Below are positions 9,491 through 18,495 of a stretch of DNA of 64,000 bases, piece by piece. The DNA comes from an uncultured bacterium (GTDB taxonomy: Bacteria > Patescibacteriota > Saccharimonadia > UBA4664). A program made the position numbers and the translations under genes. How positions within the stretch are numbered: the stretch's first letter is position 1; each line of letters opens with the position of its first letter. The notes below the pieces were generated by a model. The model was not told where the DNA came from and ran no database searches. It worked only from the letters and a program-made list of their open reading frames with translations. The DNA is taken from NCBI GenBank assembly GCA_963720265.1, contig CAVRET010000002.1, positions 456,704 to 520,703 of the forward strand, written 5' to 3'.

Positions 9491-10711
9491 CTATCCGTTG
9501 CCCACCTGGCTGTCAATATTAGACAGCGGCCCAAACACTGAAATCACCACAAATCCTACCATTGTACCGAGTACCAAAATCAAGATCGGCTCAATGATGC
9601 TCGTCAGGCCCGCCACCGTCGTGTCCACCTCTTTCTCGTAAAACTCCGCCAGCTTGAGCAAAATCACGTCCATTTGGCCGGTCTCTTCACCTACCGCCAG
9701 CATTTGGCCCACGATAGCCGGGAAATTCTTTGAGTCCCGCAGTTGCTCACTCATGGTGCGGCCGTTTTTGACCTTTTGTGCCACGGCCGCCAATTCTTCT
9801 TGGTAGACCACGTTGTTCATGGCCAGCCTGGTGGAGTTGATCGCTTCCAGCACCGAAATGCCGGAGGCGAGCAGCGAGCCAAACGTGCGCGCAAACCGCG
9901 CCACGCTCATCTTCACCAGAATCGGCCCAAAGATTGGCGACTTGAGCAAAAACGCATCCACCGCGTGCCGCCCCTTAGGAGTCTTGCGCCAGCGGATGAA
10001 TATCGCCACCGCTGCCACGGCGCCGCCGATGAGCACGTACCACTCGTGCGTCATAAAGTTCGAAATCTTCAGCATCACCACGGTGTATACCGGCAATGTG
10101 CCGCCGACTTGAGCAAAAATGGAACCAAGCTTCGGCACGATTACGGTCATGAGAAAGAAGAATGCTGCGATCGTGGCCGTGGTCACTACTCCGGGATAAA
10201 TCATCGCGCTCTTCACCTTAGAAATAATTTCTGCATCTTTCTCCTGCTGGGTCGCCAGCCTGTCCAGTACTTGGTCCAAAATGCCGCCTTGCTCACCGGC
10301 CTTCACCATGTTGATATAAATCGGCGAAAACACATCCGGATGCTCGGCCAGCGCCGCGGCCAACGTTCCGCCGCCTTCCACTTGCTTGGCAACCTCCGCC
10401 ACCACCGTTTGCAAACGCTTCGATGCCGACTGCTGCCGCAAGATATTGAGCGACTGAGCGATCGGCACGCCGGCATTAATCATGGTGGCAAACTGCCGGC
10501 TAAAAATGACTTTGTCTTGCAGTGATACTTTGCCGACAAACTTGCTCAGGAAGCCACCGCTCTGTCGACTTGCTGCCATCTCTTTCACCAGAATCGGCGT
10601 TAGGTTCTTCTCCACCAGTGCTGCCGAGGCCGCCGCCCGGTCACCGGCAAATATGGTGCCTTTCTCAATCACGCCGGCTTTGGTGCGCGCGCTGTAGCTA
10701 AATTGACCCAT
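9491..10711 (-). CDS. pilC: Type IV pilus inner-membrane platform protein PilC (GspF family)
   Basis: 406 aa. Two GspF-type repeats with TM helices (VFSRQFATMINAGVPI... / ...GEETGQMD). Confidence 0.9.
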   Translation of the reverse strand: MGQFSYSARTKAGVIEKGTIFAGDRAAASAALVEKNLTPILVKEMAASRQSGGFLSKFVGKVSLQDKVIFSRQFATMINAGVPIAQSLNILRQQSASKRLQTVVAEVAKQVEGGGTLAAALAEHPDVFSPIYINMVKAGEQGGILDQVLDRLATQQEKDAEIISKVKSAMIYPGVVTTATIAAFFFLMTVIVPKLGSIFAQVGGTLPVYTVVMLKISNFMTHEWYVLIGGAVAAVAIFIRWRKTPKGRHAVDAFLLKSPIFGPILVKMSVARFARTFGSLLASGISVLEAINSTRLAMNNVVYQEELAAVAQKVKNGRTMSEQLRDSKNFPAIVGQMLAVGEETGQMDVILLKLAEFYEKEVDTTVAGLTSIIEPILILVLGTMVGFVVISVFGPLSNIDSQVGNG

Positions 10712-10723
10712 GGCTCACCTGTG

Positions 10724-12739
10724 TCATTCGCGTGTCACTCGCAAGATTTCCTCAATTGTGGTTTTACCCATGAGCGCTTTCACAAAGCCGTCCTGCTGCA
10801 TCGTGAGCATGCCGTTGCGTATCGCTGTCGCCTGAATATCATCAGCCGTCGACCGCCCTACCAGCATCTTTTGCATGGTTTCATCTACCTCAAGCACCTC
10901 ATAAATGCCCATGCGGCCGATATAGCCGACACCGCCGCAGTTTTCGCACCCCGGACCGGGCCGGTACAAAATAAACTGGCCGGCCTTCAGTTTGTCTGGA
11001 TTTGGCATCGGCGCCCTTGGTGCCCGGACTGTGTCCGCTATCACTGACGGAAGTACAGGGGTAGGTGCTCCCCCGGCTGCCTTCTTAGCATCGTCTGCGC
11101 TGCGATTGATGATGTTGGGGTCGGTCGCGATCTTATCCAAAATACTCTTGGTGTTTTCAATATCATGCTCCGGCTTCAGAACCAGGCCCTTCTTATGTTC
11201 GCCCGAACCGGGCTCGGCAGCCGGGGCCGGTGCTTCTGCCGGCGGTGCCACGACTGTGGCTTCAGGCGTCCCTTTCAGTTGGTTAAATCGCTTCAGCGCC
11301 GCCTCAAGCTGGAAATCACGCTTAATGTTGGTTAGCTCTACGCCCTCAGGCACGTATCCGATCCGGCAGACCTGGCAAAGCCTTCGCACGAGCCGTTGCC
11401 CGATCACCGTGTTCACCGTTGTCGCAATCAAGAACGGCTCAATGCCCATGTCGAGCAAGCGGGGAAGGGTAGTAGCTGCGTTATTAGTGTGGAGTGTACT
11501 GAGCACAATGTGACCGGTCAGCGCTGCCTGCACGGCCAGATCGGCTGTCTCACCGTCGCGAATCTCACCGACCATAATAATGTTGGGGTCTTGGCGCAGC
11601 AATGCACGTAAGCCGCTGGCAAACGTCATGCCGGCCTTTGGATTCACCTGGGTCTGATTCACGCCCTGCACGCGGTACTCCACTGGGTCTTCAATAGTTG
11701 AAATGTTTACCCCCGGCGTGTTCAGCATGGATAACACCGAATACAGCGTGGTCGACTTACCCGAGCCGGTTGGCCCGGTCACCAGTGTCATTCCGTGTGG
11801 TTTATGCAGATTACGCACAATTGTTTCAAGCGCATGTCCGGTAAAGCCGAGCTCCTCAAGCGTCAGCGCGCGCGTAGATTCATCCAAAATCCGCATCACC
11901 ACCTTCTCACCGTCCATGATCGGCAACGTGCTAACGCGCAGCGCCACGGTCTTCGACCCAATGGTGAACCGGAATCGCCCATCCTGGGGCACACGATGTT
12001 CGTCGATTTTGAGGTTGGACAAAATCTTAATACGGCTCACCACCGCGGCTAAGATTGCCTTCGGCAAGGTCATGGTTTCGCGTAGCACACCGTCCACCCG
12101 GTATCGTACCTGCACCATGCTCTCGCGCGGCTCAATATGGATGTCGGAAGCGCGGCTCTTTACCGCGTATTCCAGGATCACGTTCACGGTCTTGGCAATC
12201 GGCGCATCTTCAGCCAAATCCTTGGCTGACACCTGTTTTTGTTCCTCTTCAGTATCGGCATTCGAATCCTTGATCGCTTGCGTAATTTCGCTCGAAATCT
12301 CGCCTTTGTACTGGTCCAGCGCGCCCAAAATATCCGGCGCTGTTGCCATGGAAACCTTAAGCTTACCGCCGACTTGCTTAGATATAAAATCGATAGCCTG
12401 AAAGTCTTCTGGGTCAGCTACGGCTAGTTGTAGCTGGTCGTCGGCCGCACCAAACAGCACCGCCTGGTACTTACGCGCAATCCGTTCTGGAATCTTGAGC
12501 AGGATCTCGCGCGGAATCTTGGTTTCGCCGAGCTCCACAAACGGCACGTCAATACTCGAGGCATAGAGCTTAGTCAGCTCCTTTTCGCTGATGAGCTTTT
12601 TCTTGAGTACGCTGGAAAGTAGTGTATCTTTGTCGCCGTCTTTTGGCATGACGGCGTCAACTTCCTCGGCCTTAACCTTACCGGCCTCCACCAGCAGCTT
12701 CTTCAGCTCAGTATCAGATATGCGCATTACTATGCTCAT
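10724..12739 (-). CDS. pilB: Type IV pilus assembly ATPase PilB (GspE family), with N-terminal GSPII_E_N-like domains
   Basis: 671 aa. Walker A 'GPTGSGKSTTLYS', Asp box, Walker B, His box, and the tetra-Cys motif (CQVCR...CENCGG). Confidence 0.95.
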   Translation of the reverse strand: MSIVMRISDTELKKLLVEAGKVKAEEVDAVMPKDGDKDTLLSSVLKKKLISEKELTKLYASSIDVPFVELGETKIPREILLKIPERIARKYQAVLFGAADDQLQLAVADPEDFQAIDFISKQVGGKLKVSMATAPDILGALDQYKGEISSEITQAIKDSNADTEEEQKQVSAKDLAEDAPIAKTVNVILEYAVKSRASDIHIEPRESMVQVRYRVDGVLRETMTLPKAILAAVVSRIKILSNLKIDEHRVPQDGRFRFTIGSKTVALRVSTLPIMDGEKVVMRILDESTRALTLEELGFTGHALETIVRNLHKPHGMTLVTGPTGSGKSTTLYSVLSMLNTPGVNISTIEDPVEYRVQGVNQTQVNPKAGMTFASGLRALLRQDPNIIMVGEIRDGETADLAVQAALTGHIVLSTLHTNNAATTLPRLLDMGIEPFLIATTVNTVIGQRLVRRLCQVCRIGYVPEGVELTNIKRDFQLEAALKRFNQLKGTPEATVVAPPAEAPAPAAEPGSGEHKKGLVLKPEHDIENTKSILDKIATDPNIINRSADDAKKAAGGAPTPVLPSVIADTVRAPRAPMPNPDKLKAGQFILYRPGPGCENCGGVGYIGRMGIYEVLEVDETMQKMLVGRSTADDIQATAIRNGMLTMQQDGFVKALMGKTTIEEILRVTRE

Positions 12740-12779
12740 TGTAGCATAAGCGTCTTCTCGGCTTTGCTATCATGAGTGC

Positions 12780-13472
12780 ATGGCGCAAAAAGTCATTGAT
12801 CTCATTAAGGACGACGACGTCCGGCAGCTCACGGACAAAGCCACGATTGTAGCCGGCCACCAGCTCTGGGGCGGCCGAGAATTCATGCGCACCTTTCGCG
12901 ATGACAAAATCGACGCCCAGGTGCCGAGCCCAAACGGCTCCGTCTGCCACACTGTCATTGAACTCACTCCCCAGGGCCTACGCTGGTCGTGCTCATGCCG
13001 GCCCGGCTCAAACGACTTCTGCGAGCACCTGGTGGCAACCGCCCTCGACGCACAGCGTCAAGGTCACGGCGACATTTACAAGGCCGCCGGTATTATCATC
13101 AAAGATCGCAAAATGCTGGTCGAACGCTCACAAGGCAAGCCGGCTTTTATTGGGCCCGGCGGCCGCATTGATAACGGCGAAACCGCCAAGCAGGCCCTGG
13201 TGCGCGAGCTGAACGAAGAATTCCAAATTGATGTTGCCGAGCCCGACCTTGAGCCGTTCGGCCGCTTTTCCGCCGAGGCCGCCAATCATCCGGGCCAGCA
13301 GGTCCATATGGATGTCTTTTTGGTTAACCACTGGGCAGGCGATATTAGCCCGGCCGCCGAAATCGAAGAAATCATGTGGCTGACCTCAGATCTGCCCACC
13401 AATGTTACACTCGGGAGCATCTTTGCCCACGACATCATGCCCAAGCTCAAGGCTCAGGACCTCATCGACTAA
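12780..13472 (+). CDS. NUDIX hydrolase with an N-terminal SWIM-type zinc-finger-like segment
   Basis: Nudix box 'GGRIDNGETAKQALVRELNEEFQI'. Upstream 'WSCSCRPGSNDFCEHLV' has a CxCxnCxH arrangement. Confidence 0.8.
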   Translation: MAQKVIDLIKDDDVRQLTDKATIVAGHQLWGGREFMRTFRDDKIDAQVPSPNGSVCHTVIELTPQGLRWSCSCRPGSNDFCEHLVATALDAQRQGHGDIYKAAGIIIKDRKMLVERSQGKPAFIGPGGRIDNGETAKQALVRELNEEFQIDVAEPDLEPFGRFSAEAANHPGQQVHMDVFLVNHWAGDISPAAEIEEIMWLTSDLPTNVTLGSIFAHDIMPKLKAQDLID

Positions 13473-13533
13473 GCACATTCCGCCAAACGGCAAAGTGCGC
13501 TAGGCTTAAGGGGAAACAAGGCCTTGAACCATC

Positions 13534-14832
13534 GAACCGCAAGATCTCAAAACCCGCGCCGCAGTAGTACTTGAAGGCAACGACCTTGGCGGCTGGACCC
13601 GCCCGGCTCCGGGGCTGTATCCGCATCAATGGCTGTGGGATTCATGCTTTATTGCCATTGGTCTAGCGCGCATAAACCCAACCCGCGCCGCCGCCGAACT
13701 CTGGCGCCTTACCGAAGGCCAGTGGCCGGACGGCATGTTACCGCACATGATTTACGCCCCCGGCCTTCGCTCGCAGGTAGAGTCGCGCGTACTATGGAAC
13801 GCTGCCTCCAATGGGCCGCCCCGCTTACGCACCTCAGCCATTACCCAGCCTCCGCTTATCGCCGTTGCCGTCGAACGGGTAGCGCACGCGCTACCGCGCG
13901 TGGCCGCTGCCAGGTTTGTCGCCACTATGTTACCGTCACTCCTTGCCTACCACGACTGGCTCTACCGCGAACGCGACCCGCACGACACCGGCCTTGTCGC
14001 CTGCGTGCATCCGTGGGAATCCGGTATGGACGACGCACCGTATTGGACCACAGCTATGAACTACTTGCCGCGCCCGCCCCTGCACTGGCGCTGGATTCGC
14101 GAGCTGCGGGCTGTTAATCCAGCCCAGCGCGCCCGGGCCTCCGACCTCCAGCACATGTTTGCCCTGGCCCAAGTCTTAAAAGAACACCGCTACGATTCGC
14201 GCGCTATTCTCGAGCATTCAAGCGTGGTTGTGGTTGATGTGGGGTTCAATACCGTGCTGGCAGCCGCCAATGAGGCACTGGAACGATTGGCCGAGCACTA
14301 CAATCACCCACTGCCGGCTGCTCTGCATCGCCACTTCAGCCTCACTCGCACCGCACTCGAAGCTCTCTGGGACGACGAGAGCGGTGGCTACCAGTCCCAA
14401 AATTATCACACCGGCCGGCCCTTACCCGAAGTGACGGCCGCCGAGTTTCTGCCACTGTTTGCCGGCACTGCCACGGCCGCCCATGCCGAGAGCTTGCGCC
14501 ACCGCCTCACCAGGCGCGACTACAACACGGCCTTTCCCGTGCCTTCAGTACCCACTACCAGCTCACAGTTTGACGCCGACCGCTACTGGCGCGGACCAAC
14601 CTGGGTTAATCTCAACTGGTTCATTATCGGCGGCCTTGAACGGTACGGCTTTACTGATGAGGCAAATTGGCTGCGTCTGCATACCTTAGGCCTGATTGCA
14701 AAGTCTGGATTTCGCGAATACTACAATCCGCTCACCGGTGACGGCCTCGGCGCCGAGCATTTCTCCTGGACAGCCGCGCTAGCGCTTGATCTTCTGGCAG
14801 CAACAGAGTCCGCATCGACCGAATTTGAGTAG
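13534..14832 (+). CDS. Six-hairpin glycoside hydrolase (GDE_C / GH63-like, e.g. debranching or mannosylglycerate-hydrolase type). 5' end unresolved.
   Basis: 'CVHPWESGMDDAPYW' catalytic motif. An in-frame conserved N-terminal stretch 'WTRPAPGLYPHQWLWDSCFIAIGL' extends upstream of the first ATG (13735), back to a TGA at 13531-13533, with no ATG/GTG/TTG in between. Confidence 0.7.
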   Translation, partial: EPQDLKTRAAVVLEGNDLGGWTRPAPGLYPHQWLWDSCFIAIGLARINPTRAAAELWRLTEGQWPDGMLPHMIYAPGLRSQVESRVLWNAASNGPPRLRTSAITQPPLIAVAVERVAHALPRVAAARFVATMLPSLLAYHDWLYRERDPHDTGLVACVHPWESGMDDAPYWTTAMNYLPRPPLHWRWIRELRAVNPAQRARASDLQHMFALAQVLKEHRYDSRAILEHSSVVVVDVGFNTVLAAANEALERLAEHYNHPLPAALHRHFSLTRTALEALWDDESGGYQSQNYHTGRPLPEVTAAEFLPLFAGTATAAHAESLRHRLTRRDYNTAFPVPSVPTTSSQFDADRYWRGPTWVNLNWFIIGGLERYGFTDEANWLRLHTLGLIAKSGFREYYNPLTGDGLGAEHFSWTAALALDLLAATESASTEFE

Positions 14833-14854
14833 TGCTCGTGCTTGAATTCGACTT

Positions 14855-15232
14855 TTGTTCCAACTAATAGCGTTACTTATCATGCCCTCGCCGGTATTGG
14901 CCGATGGGAGTGGTGTACTAATTTCGGAACTCCAAACCGCTTCAAGCGCCAAAACCACCAAGAGTAGCTCTACCAAGGCCAAAGCCACGAACACACTCAA
15001 GGCCGCCAAGTCGATCGTCGTTGACACAACCGCACCAGCGCTGGCTGCCGTCACTCCACCGGACGGTAGGTGGTTGCTCTTTACCCTGGTCGGCCTTACC
15101 ATTGCGTATGTCATTTATGAGTTTCGCTATGACGTTCGAGATTTCTACTTCAAACTCTTCAGACACCGGCAAACTAGCAACGCAGCTGGCACCCGCCCTA
15201 ACCGGCGGCGACGTGCTCGAGCTAGTGAGTGA
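14855..15232 (+). CDS. Small hypothetical membrane protein (uncertain)
   Basis: 125-aa ORF with one TM segment. Its 3' third overlaps the tsaE start out of frame. Confidence 0.3.
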   Translation: MFQLIALLIMPSPVLADGSGVLISELQTASSAKTTKSSSTKAKATNTLKAAKSIVVDTTAPALAAVTPPDGRWLLFTLVGLTIAYVIYEFRYDVRDFYFKLFRHRQTSNAAGTRPNRRRRARASE

Positions 15233-15623
15233 CCTCGGCGGCGGCAAAACCACGTTTGTCCAAGGCCTCGCTAAAGGGTTAGGCTATAGCGGCCCGGTAA
15301 CGAGCCCAACCTTTGCCCTCAGCCAAATCTACCGCCTTGGCCCCGAGCTCGAACTCCACCATTATGATCTCTACCGGCTCGTCTCCACAGGCGCTCTCGG
15401 CGATGAGCTGGCCGAGGATCTGAACGACTCACACGTTATAACGGTGATCGAATGGCCGGGGCTGGCTGAGGCAGATCTGCCGCCCGACCGTCTACGAGTT
15501 GAATTTAATGTTACCGGCGAAACCGATCGGCGGCTGAAATTTACATCAGCCGGGCCCCATTCAGATCGGATAATTGCCGGTCTGCAGCAATCCGAAATAA
15601 AGAGCCCAGGAGCAAACACATGA
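15108..15623 (+). CDS. tsaE: tRNA t6A37 threonylcarbamoyladenosine biosynthesis protein TsaE
   Basis: 'GDVLELVSDLGGGKTTFVQGLAKGLG...VTSPTFAL...ELHHYDLYRL' P-loop and YjeE signature. Start set at the internal Met; the ORF-track N-terminal extension is not TsaE-like. Confidence 0.8.
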   Translation: MSFMSFAMTFEISTSNSSDTGKLATQLAPALTGGDVLELVSDLGGGKTTFVQGLAKGLGYSGPVTSPTFALSQIYRLGPELELHHYDLYRLVSTGALGDELAEDLNDSHVITVIEWPGLAEADLPPDRLRVEFNVTGETDRRLKFTSAGPHSDRIIAGLQQSEIKSPGANT

Positions 15624-16027
15624 TTCTTGCACTCAAGACCGCCGGAGCAACCACCGAAATACACCTCGTCGCGTCGAACGGAAAAATTTCCACCTACACC
15701 TGGGATTCCGGACGCACCCTGGCCGACCAGCTCCTTGGCCGCATCAAGGACAGATTGGCTGATCATAAAGCCGATCTTTCTGATCTCACCGGAATCGTGA
15801 TCTTGAGTGGCCCGGGTTCGTTTACGTCTCTGCGCATTGGGCATACTGTCGCAAACGCTCTGGCCGATAGTTTGGGTATTCCAGTCGTCAGCGCCGACAA
15901 CGAAAAATGGCTCAATCGAGGTATAAAAGTGCTGCATACTGCGAAACCGGGCCACCCGGTCTTGCCGCAATATGGCGCCGATGCCCACATTACACGCCAG
16001 CAGCCGCCCCAAACTTCCAAAGCTTGA
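15620..16027 (+). CDS. tsaB: tRNA t6A protein TsaB (short form)
   Basis: 'MILALKTAGATTEIHL...GPGSFTSLRIGHTVANALA' YeaZ N-terminal fold. Only 135 aa. 4-nt overlap with tsaE. Confidence 0.75.
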   Translation: MILALKTAGATTEIHLVASNGKISTYTWDSGRTLADQLLGRIKDRLADHKADLSDLTGIVILSGPGSFTSLRIGHTVANALADSLGIPVVSADNEKWLNRGIKVLHTAKPGHPVLPQYGADAHITRQQPPQTSKA

Positions 16028-16172
16028 CCCAAGACAATTTCTGACGTTTAATAAGACTGTCTCTTCCTAATTTCCATAACCGATTTCAATTCAGCCGTCG
16101 CGTCGGCCCCTGTCAAAACTGTTTGAATCCCTGATCAAGTTCCGCCGACTGACGCTAGAAGGTCACCCTTTC

Positions 16173-17687
16173 ATGTTTTTCCCCGTGATCGTTGCCCTCC
16201 TCGCAGGTGGAGCGGCGGGCTTCTCATACAACATTGTCATGACTAAACGCCGCGGCCGGGCCGCGTCGGATGAAGCCGCCAAAATCATTGAGGCGGCTAA
16301 ATCTGAGGCCAAAAAACTCACCCTTGATGCTAAATCTGATGCTTTAAAGGTCGCGGAAGAGGCCAAGCGTGAAGAAAAAGATCGCCGCCGCGCGCTTGAC
16401 CAAACCGAGCAGCAGTTGCTCGGCCGCCAGTCTAACCTAGATCAAAAACTCGAAGAGCTTGACAAGCGCTCGGAAAAGCTACGCAAGCATGAGGCCGATC
16501 TCGACATGCTTAAAGATGATTTACGTGCCATCCGCGCCAAACAACAGGAAAATCTTGAAAAAATTGCTGGCCTCTCCAAAGACGAAGCCAAAGACAAGCT
16601 TCTCAAAATGACCGAGCGTGACATTAAAGCCGACCTGGTTAAATTAGTTGAAAAACTCCAAACAAACGCCGCTGAGGACGCCGAAGAGCGCGCCCAACTT
16701 GTAATCGTTTCGGCCATGGAGCGCATCGCCTCTGATCAAACCGCCGAGCGCACCATTACAGCCGTACCGTTGCCCAACGACGAGCTCAAAGGCCGCGTTA
16801 TTGGCAAAGAGGGCCGCAATATTCAAGCCCTCGAGCGCGCTACCGGCGTCGACGTTATCATTGACGAAACCCCGGGCGCCATCGTCTTGTCATCCTTTGA
16901 CCCCATGCGACGCCAGGTTGCCCGTGTGGCGCTCGAAAAATTGCTATCCGATGGCCGCATCCACCCGGCCCGCATCGAAGAAGTGGTGGCCAAGGCCCAA
17001 GGCGAAGTCGACAAAATGGTTAAAGATGCCGGCGAGCAGGCACTCAAGGAAACGGGAGTGGTCGGCGTTCCACCGGAGCTCATTCGTTTGCTCGGCCAGC
17101 TCAAATTCCGTACCAGCTACTCGCAAAATGTGCTCAAGCATTCGGTCGAAATGGCCAACCTTGCCGGCATGATCGCCTCCGACATCGGCGCCGACGTCCG
17201 CATTGCCAAAACTGCCACGCTGCTCCATGACATCGGCAAGGCTGTCACCCACGAAATCGAAGGCGGCCACCACCACATCGGCGCCGAGCTTGCCCAGAAG
17301 TATGGTATGGAGGAAGCAATTGTACACGCCATCGACGCCCACCACGACGACACCGAAGCCACTACGCCTGAGGCCCTGATCGTACGCGTGTGCGATGCGC
17401 TCTCAGCCGGACGTCCAGGCGCTCGCGGCGACACTCTCGAGAATTATGCCAAACGCATGACCGAGCTCGAGAACCTCGCCAATGCCTTCCCCGGCGTCGA
17501 AAAGAGCTACGCTATCTCAGCTGGCCGCGAAATTCGCATCATCGTCGAACCCGAGCGGATCGACGACCTCCAGGCCATCAAAATGGCCCGCGACATTGCT
17601 ACCAAAGTCGAAGCCACACTGAAGTATCCCGGCGTAATCAAAGTTAACGTTATTCGCGAAACCCGGGCCGTCGAATTCGCCAAATAA
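16173..17687 (+). CDS. rny: Ribonuclease Y
   Basis: 504 aa. N-terminal TM, long K/E-rich coiled coil, KH domain (GRVIGKEGRNIQALE), and HD domain (LLHDIGKA...). Confidence 0.95.
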   Translation: MFFPVIVALLAGGAAGFSYNIVMTKRRGRAASDEAAKIIEAAKSEAKKLTLDAKSDALKVAEEAKREEKDRRRALDQTEQQLLGRQSNLDQKLEELDKRSEKLRKHEADLDMLKDDLRAIRAKQQENLEKIAGLSKDEAKDKLLKMTERDIKADLVKLVEKLQTNAAEDAEERAQLVIVSAMERIASDQTAERTITAVPLPNDELKGRVIGKEGRNIQALERATGVDVIIDETPGAIVLSSFDPMRRQVARVALEKLLSDGRIHPARIEEVVAKAQGEVDKMVKDAGEQALKETGVVGVPPELIRLLGQLKFRTSYSQNVLKHSVEMANLAGMIASDIGADVRIAKTATLLHDIGKAVTHEIEGGHHHIGAELAQKYGMEEAIVHAIDAHHDDTEATTPEALIVRVCDALSAGRPGARGDTLENYAKRMTELENLANAFPGVEKSYAISAGREIRIIVEPERIDDLQAIKMARDIATKVEATLKYPGVIKVNVIRETRAVEFAK

Positions 17688-17709
17688 ATAAGTTCTTAAA
17701 ATCAAAACC

Positions 17710-17750
17710 GGGGTGGGTCGCGCAGCTGTGAAAGCCTGCGGACCCACCCC
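17710..17750. terminator. Bidirectional stem-loop between convergent rny (+) and a secreted-protein gene (-)
   Basis: Perfect 10-bp stem, ggggtgggtc ... gacccacccc. Confidence 0.6.
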
Positions 17751-17762
17751 ATCGGGTGCTTC

Positions 17763-18299
17763 TTATGGACGGCAGAACGGCACCACCCGGCCGCCCCGGG
17801 TCATGGTTGTGACGGCGGGCAGCGGGCTTGTGGCCAGGAGCTTGGCCGAACCGCTGGTGTGCACCAGCTTGTAGAAGTTGCTGGTCGTGACGGATGGGCC
17901 GCCAGGCGCGAGACAGCCCTTCGGCTCATACTTGTTGATGTCCTCGTTTACTACCGCCGCCTGTGCGACGATCGTAACGGTCGCGACACCACCCGCCGTG
18001 TGCAGCCGAACCTCAATGATAACCACCCGGCAGGTCGTGTTCTGGGACTGTTTGACGCAGCCCAGGCGGACCTCGATGACCCGCTCCGAGGAGTGGGGGA
18101 GCAGACCCATGACGACGTTGCCGCCATGCCACGTCGTCATGGCCCAGTTACTTGAAGCGGTCGACCGGATGGACGCCGGGCTGGCGGTCGTAGTCGTGTG
18201 CGTCGTGGACGCCACAGCGGCAGCGGCGCTCACACTCGTTGCCAGAACGCCAAACACGACGACAGCAGCCGCCGCCAATACCCGAGGTGAAGGCTTCAT
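17763..18299 (-). CDS. Secreted hypothetical protein (signal peptide, Thr-rich linker), GC-rich
   Basis: N-terminus 'MKPSPRVLAAAAVVVFGVLATSVSAAAA'. The plus-strand alternatives are R/V/G-rich antisense-type ORFs. Confidence 0.5.
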   Translation of the reverse strand: MKPSPRVLAAAAVVVFGVLATSVSAAAAVASTTHTTTTASPASIRSTASSNWAMTTWHGGNVVMGLLPHSSERVIEVRLGCVKQSQNTTCRVVIIEVRLHTAGGVATVTIVAQAAVVNEDINKYEPKGCLAPGGPSVTTSNFYKLVHTSGSAKLLATSPLPAVTTMTRGGRVVPFCRP

Positions 18300-18495
18300 G
18301 GTTCCTCCCGAATTGTCAGAACGATCAACTTTACTAGTTAGGCGAAGCTAGCCCTAACTTAGTTGTATAATACCACAAAACATATAAAAAAGCAATTATA
18401 TCCTCGAGTCTCACCATCACAGTTCAATAGATCACTTGCATTTACATACATATAATGGTTATGTTTAAAATAATATCTATTAATCATGGTAAAAA

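Noticed and set aside
9743-12401. Long antisense ORFs inside pilC and pilB (9743..10525 +, 10992..11513 +, 11703..12401 +)
   Set aside because: They are antisense to strongly supported GspF and GspE genes and have His/Arg/Gln-rich junk composition.
13629-14117. 162-aa plus-strand ORF starting at an ATG at 13629
   Set aside because: It is in a different frame from the glycosidase. Its translation (MAVGFMLYCHWSSAHKPNPRRRR...) is Arg/Pro-rich, and it overlaps the conserved glycosidase frame.
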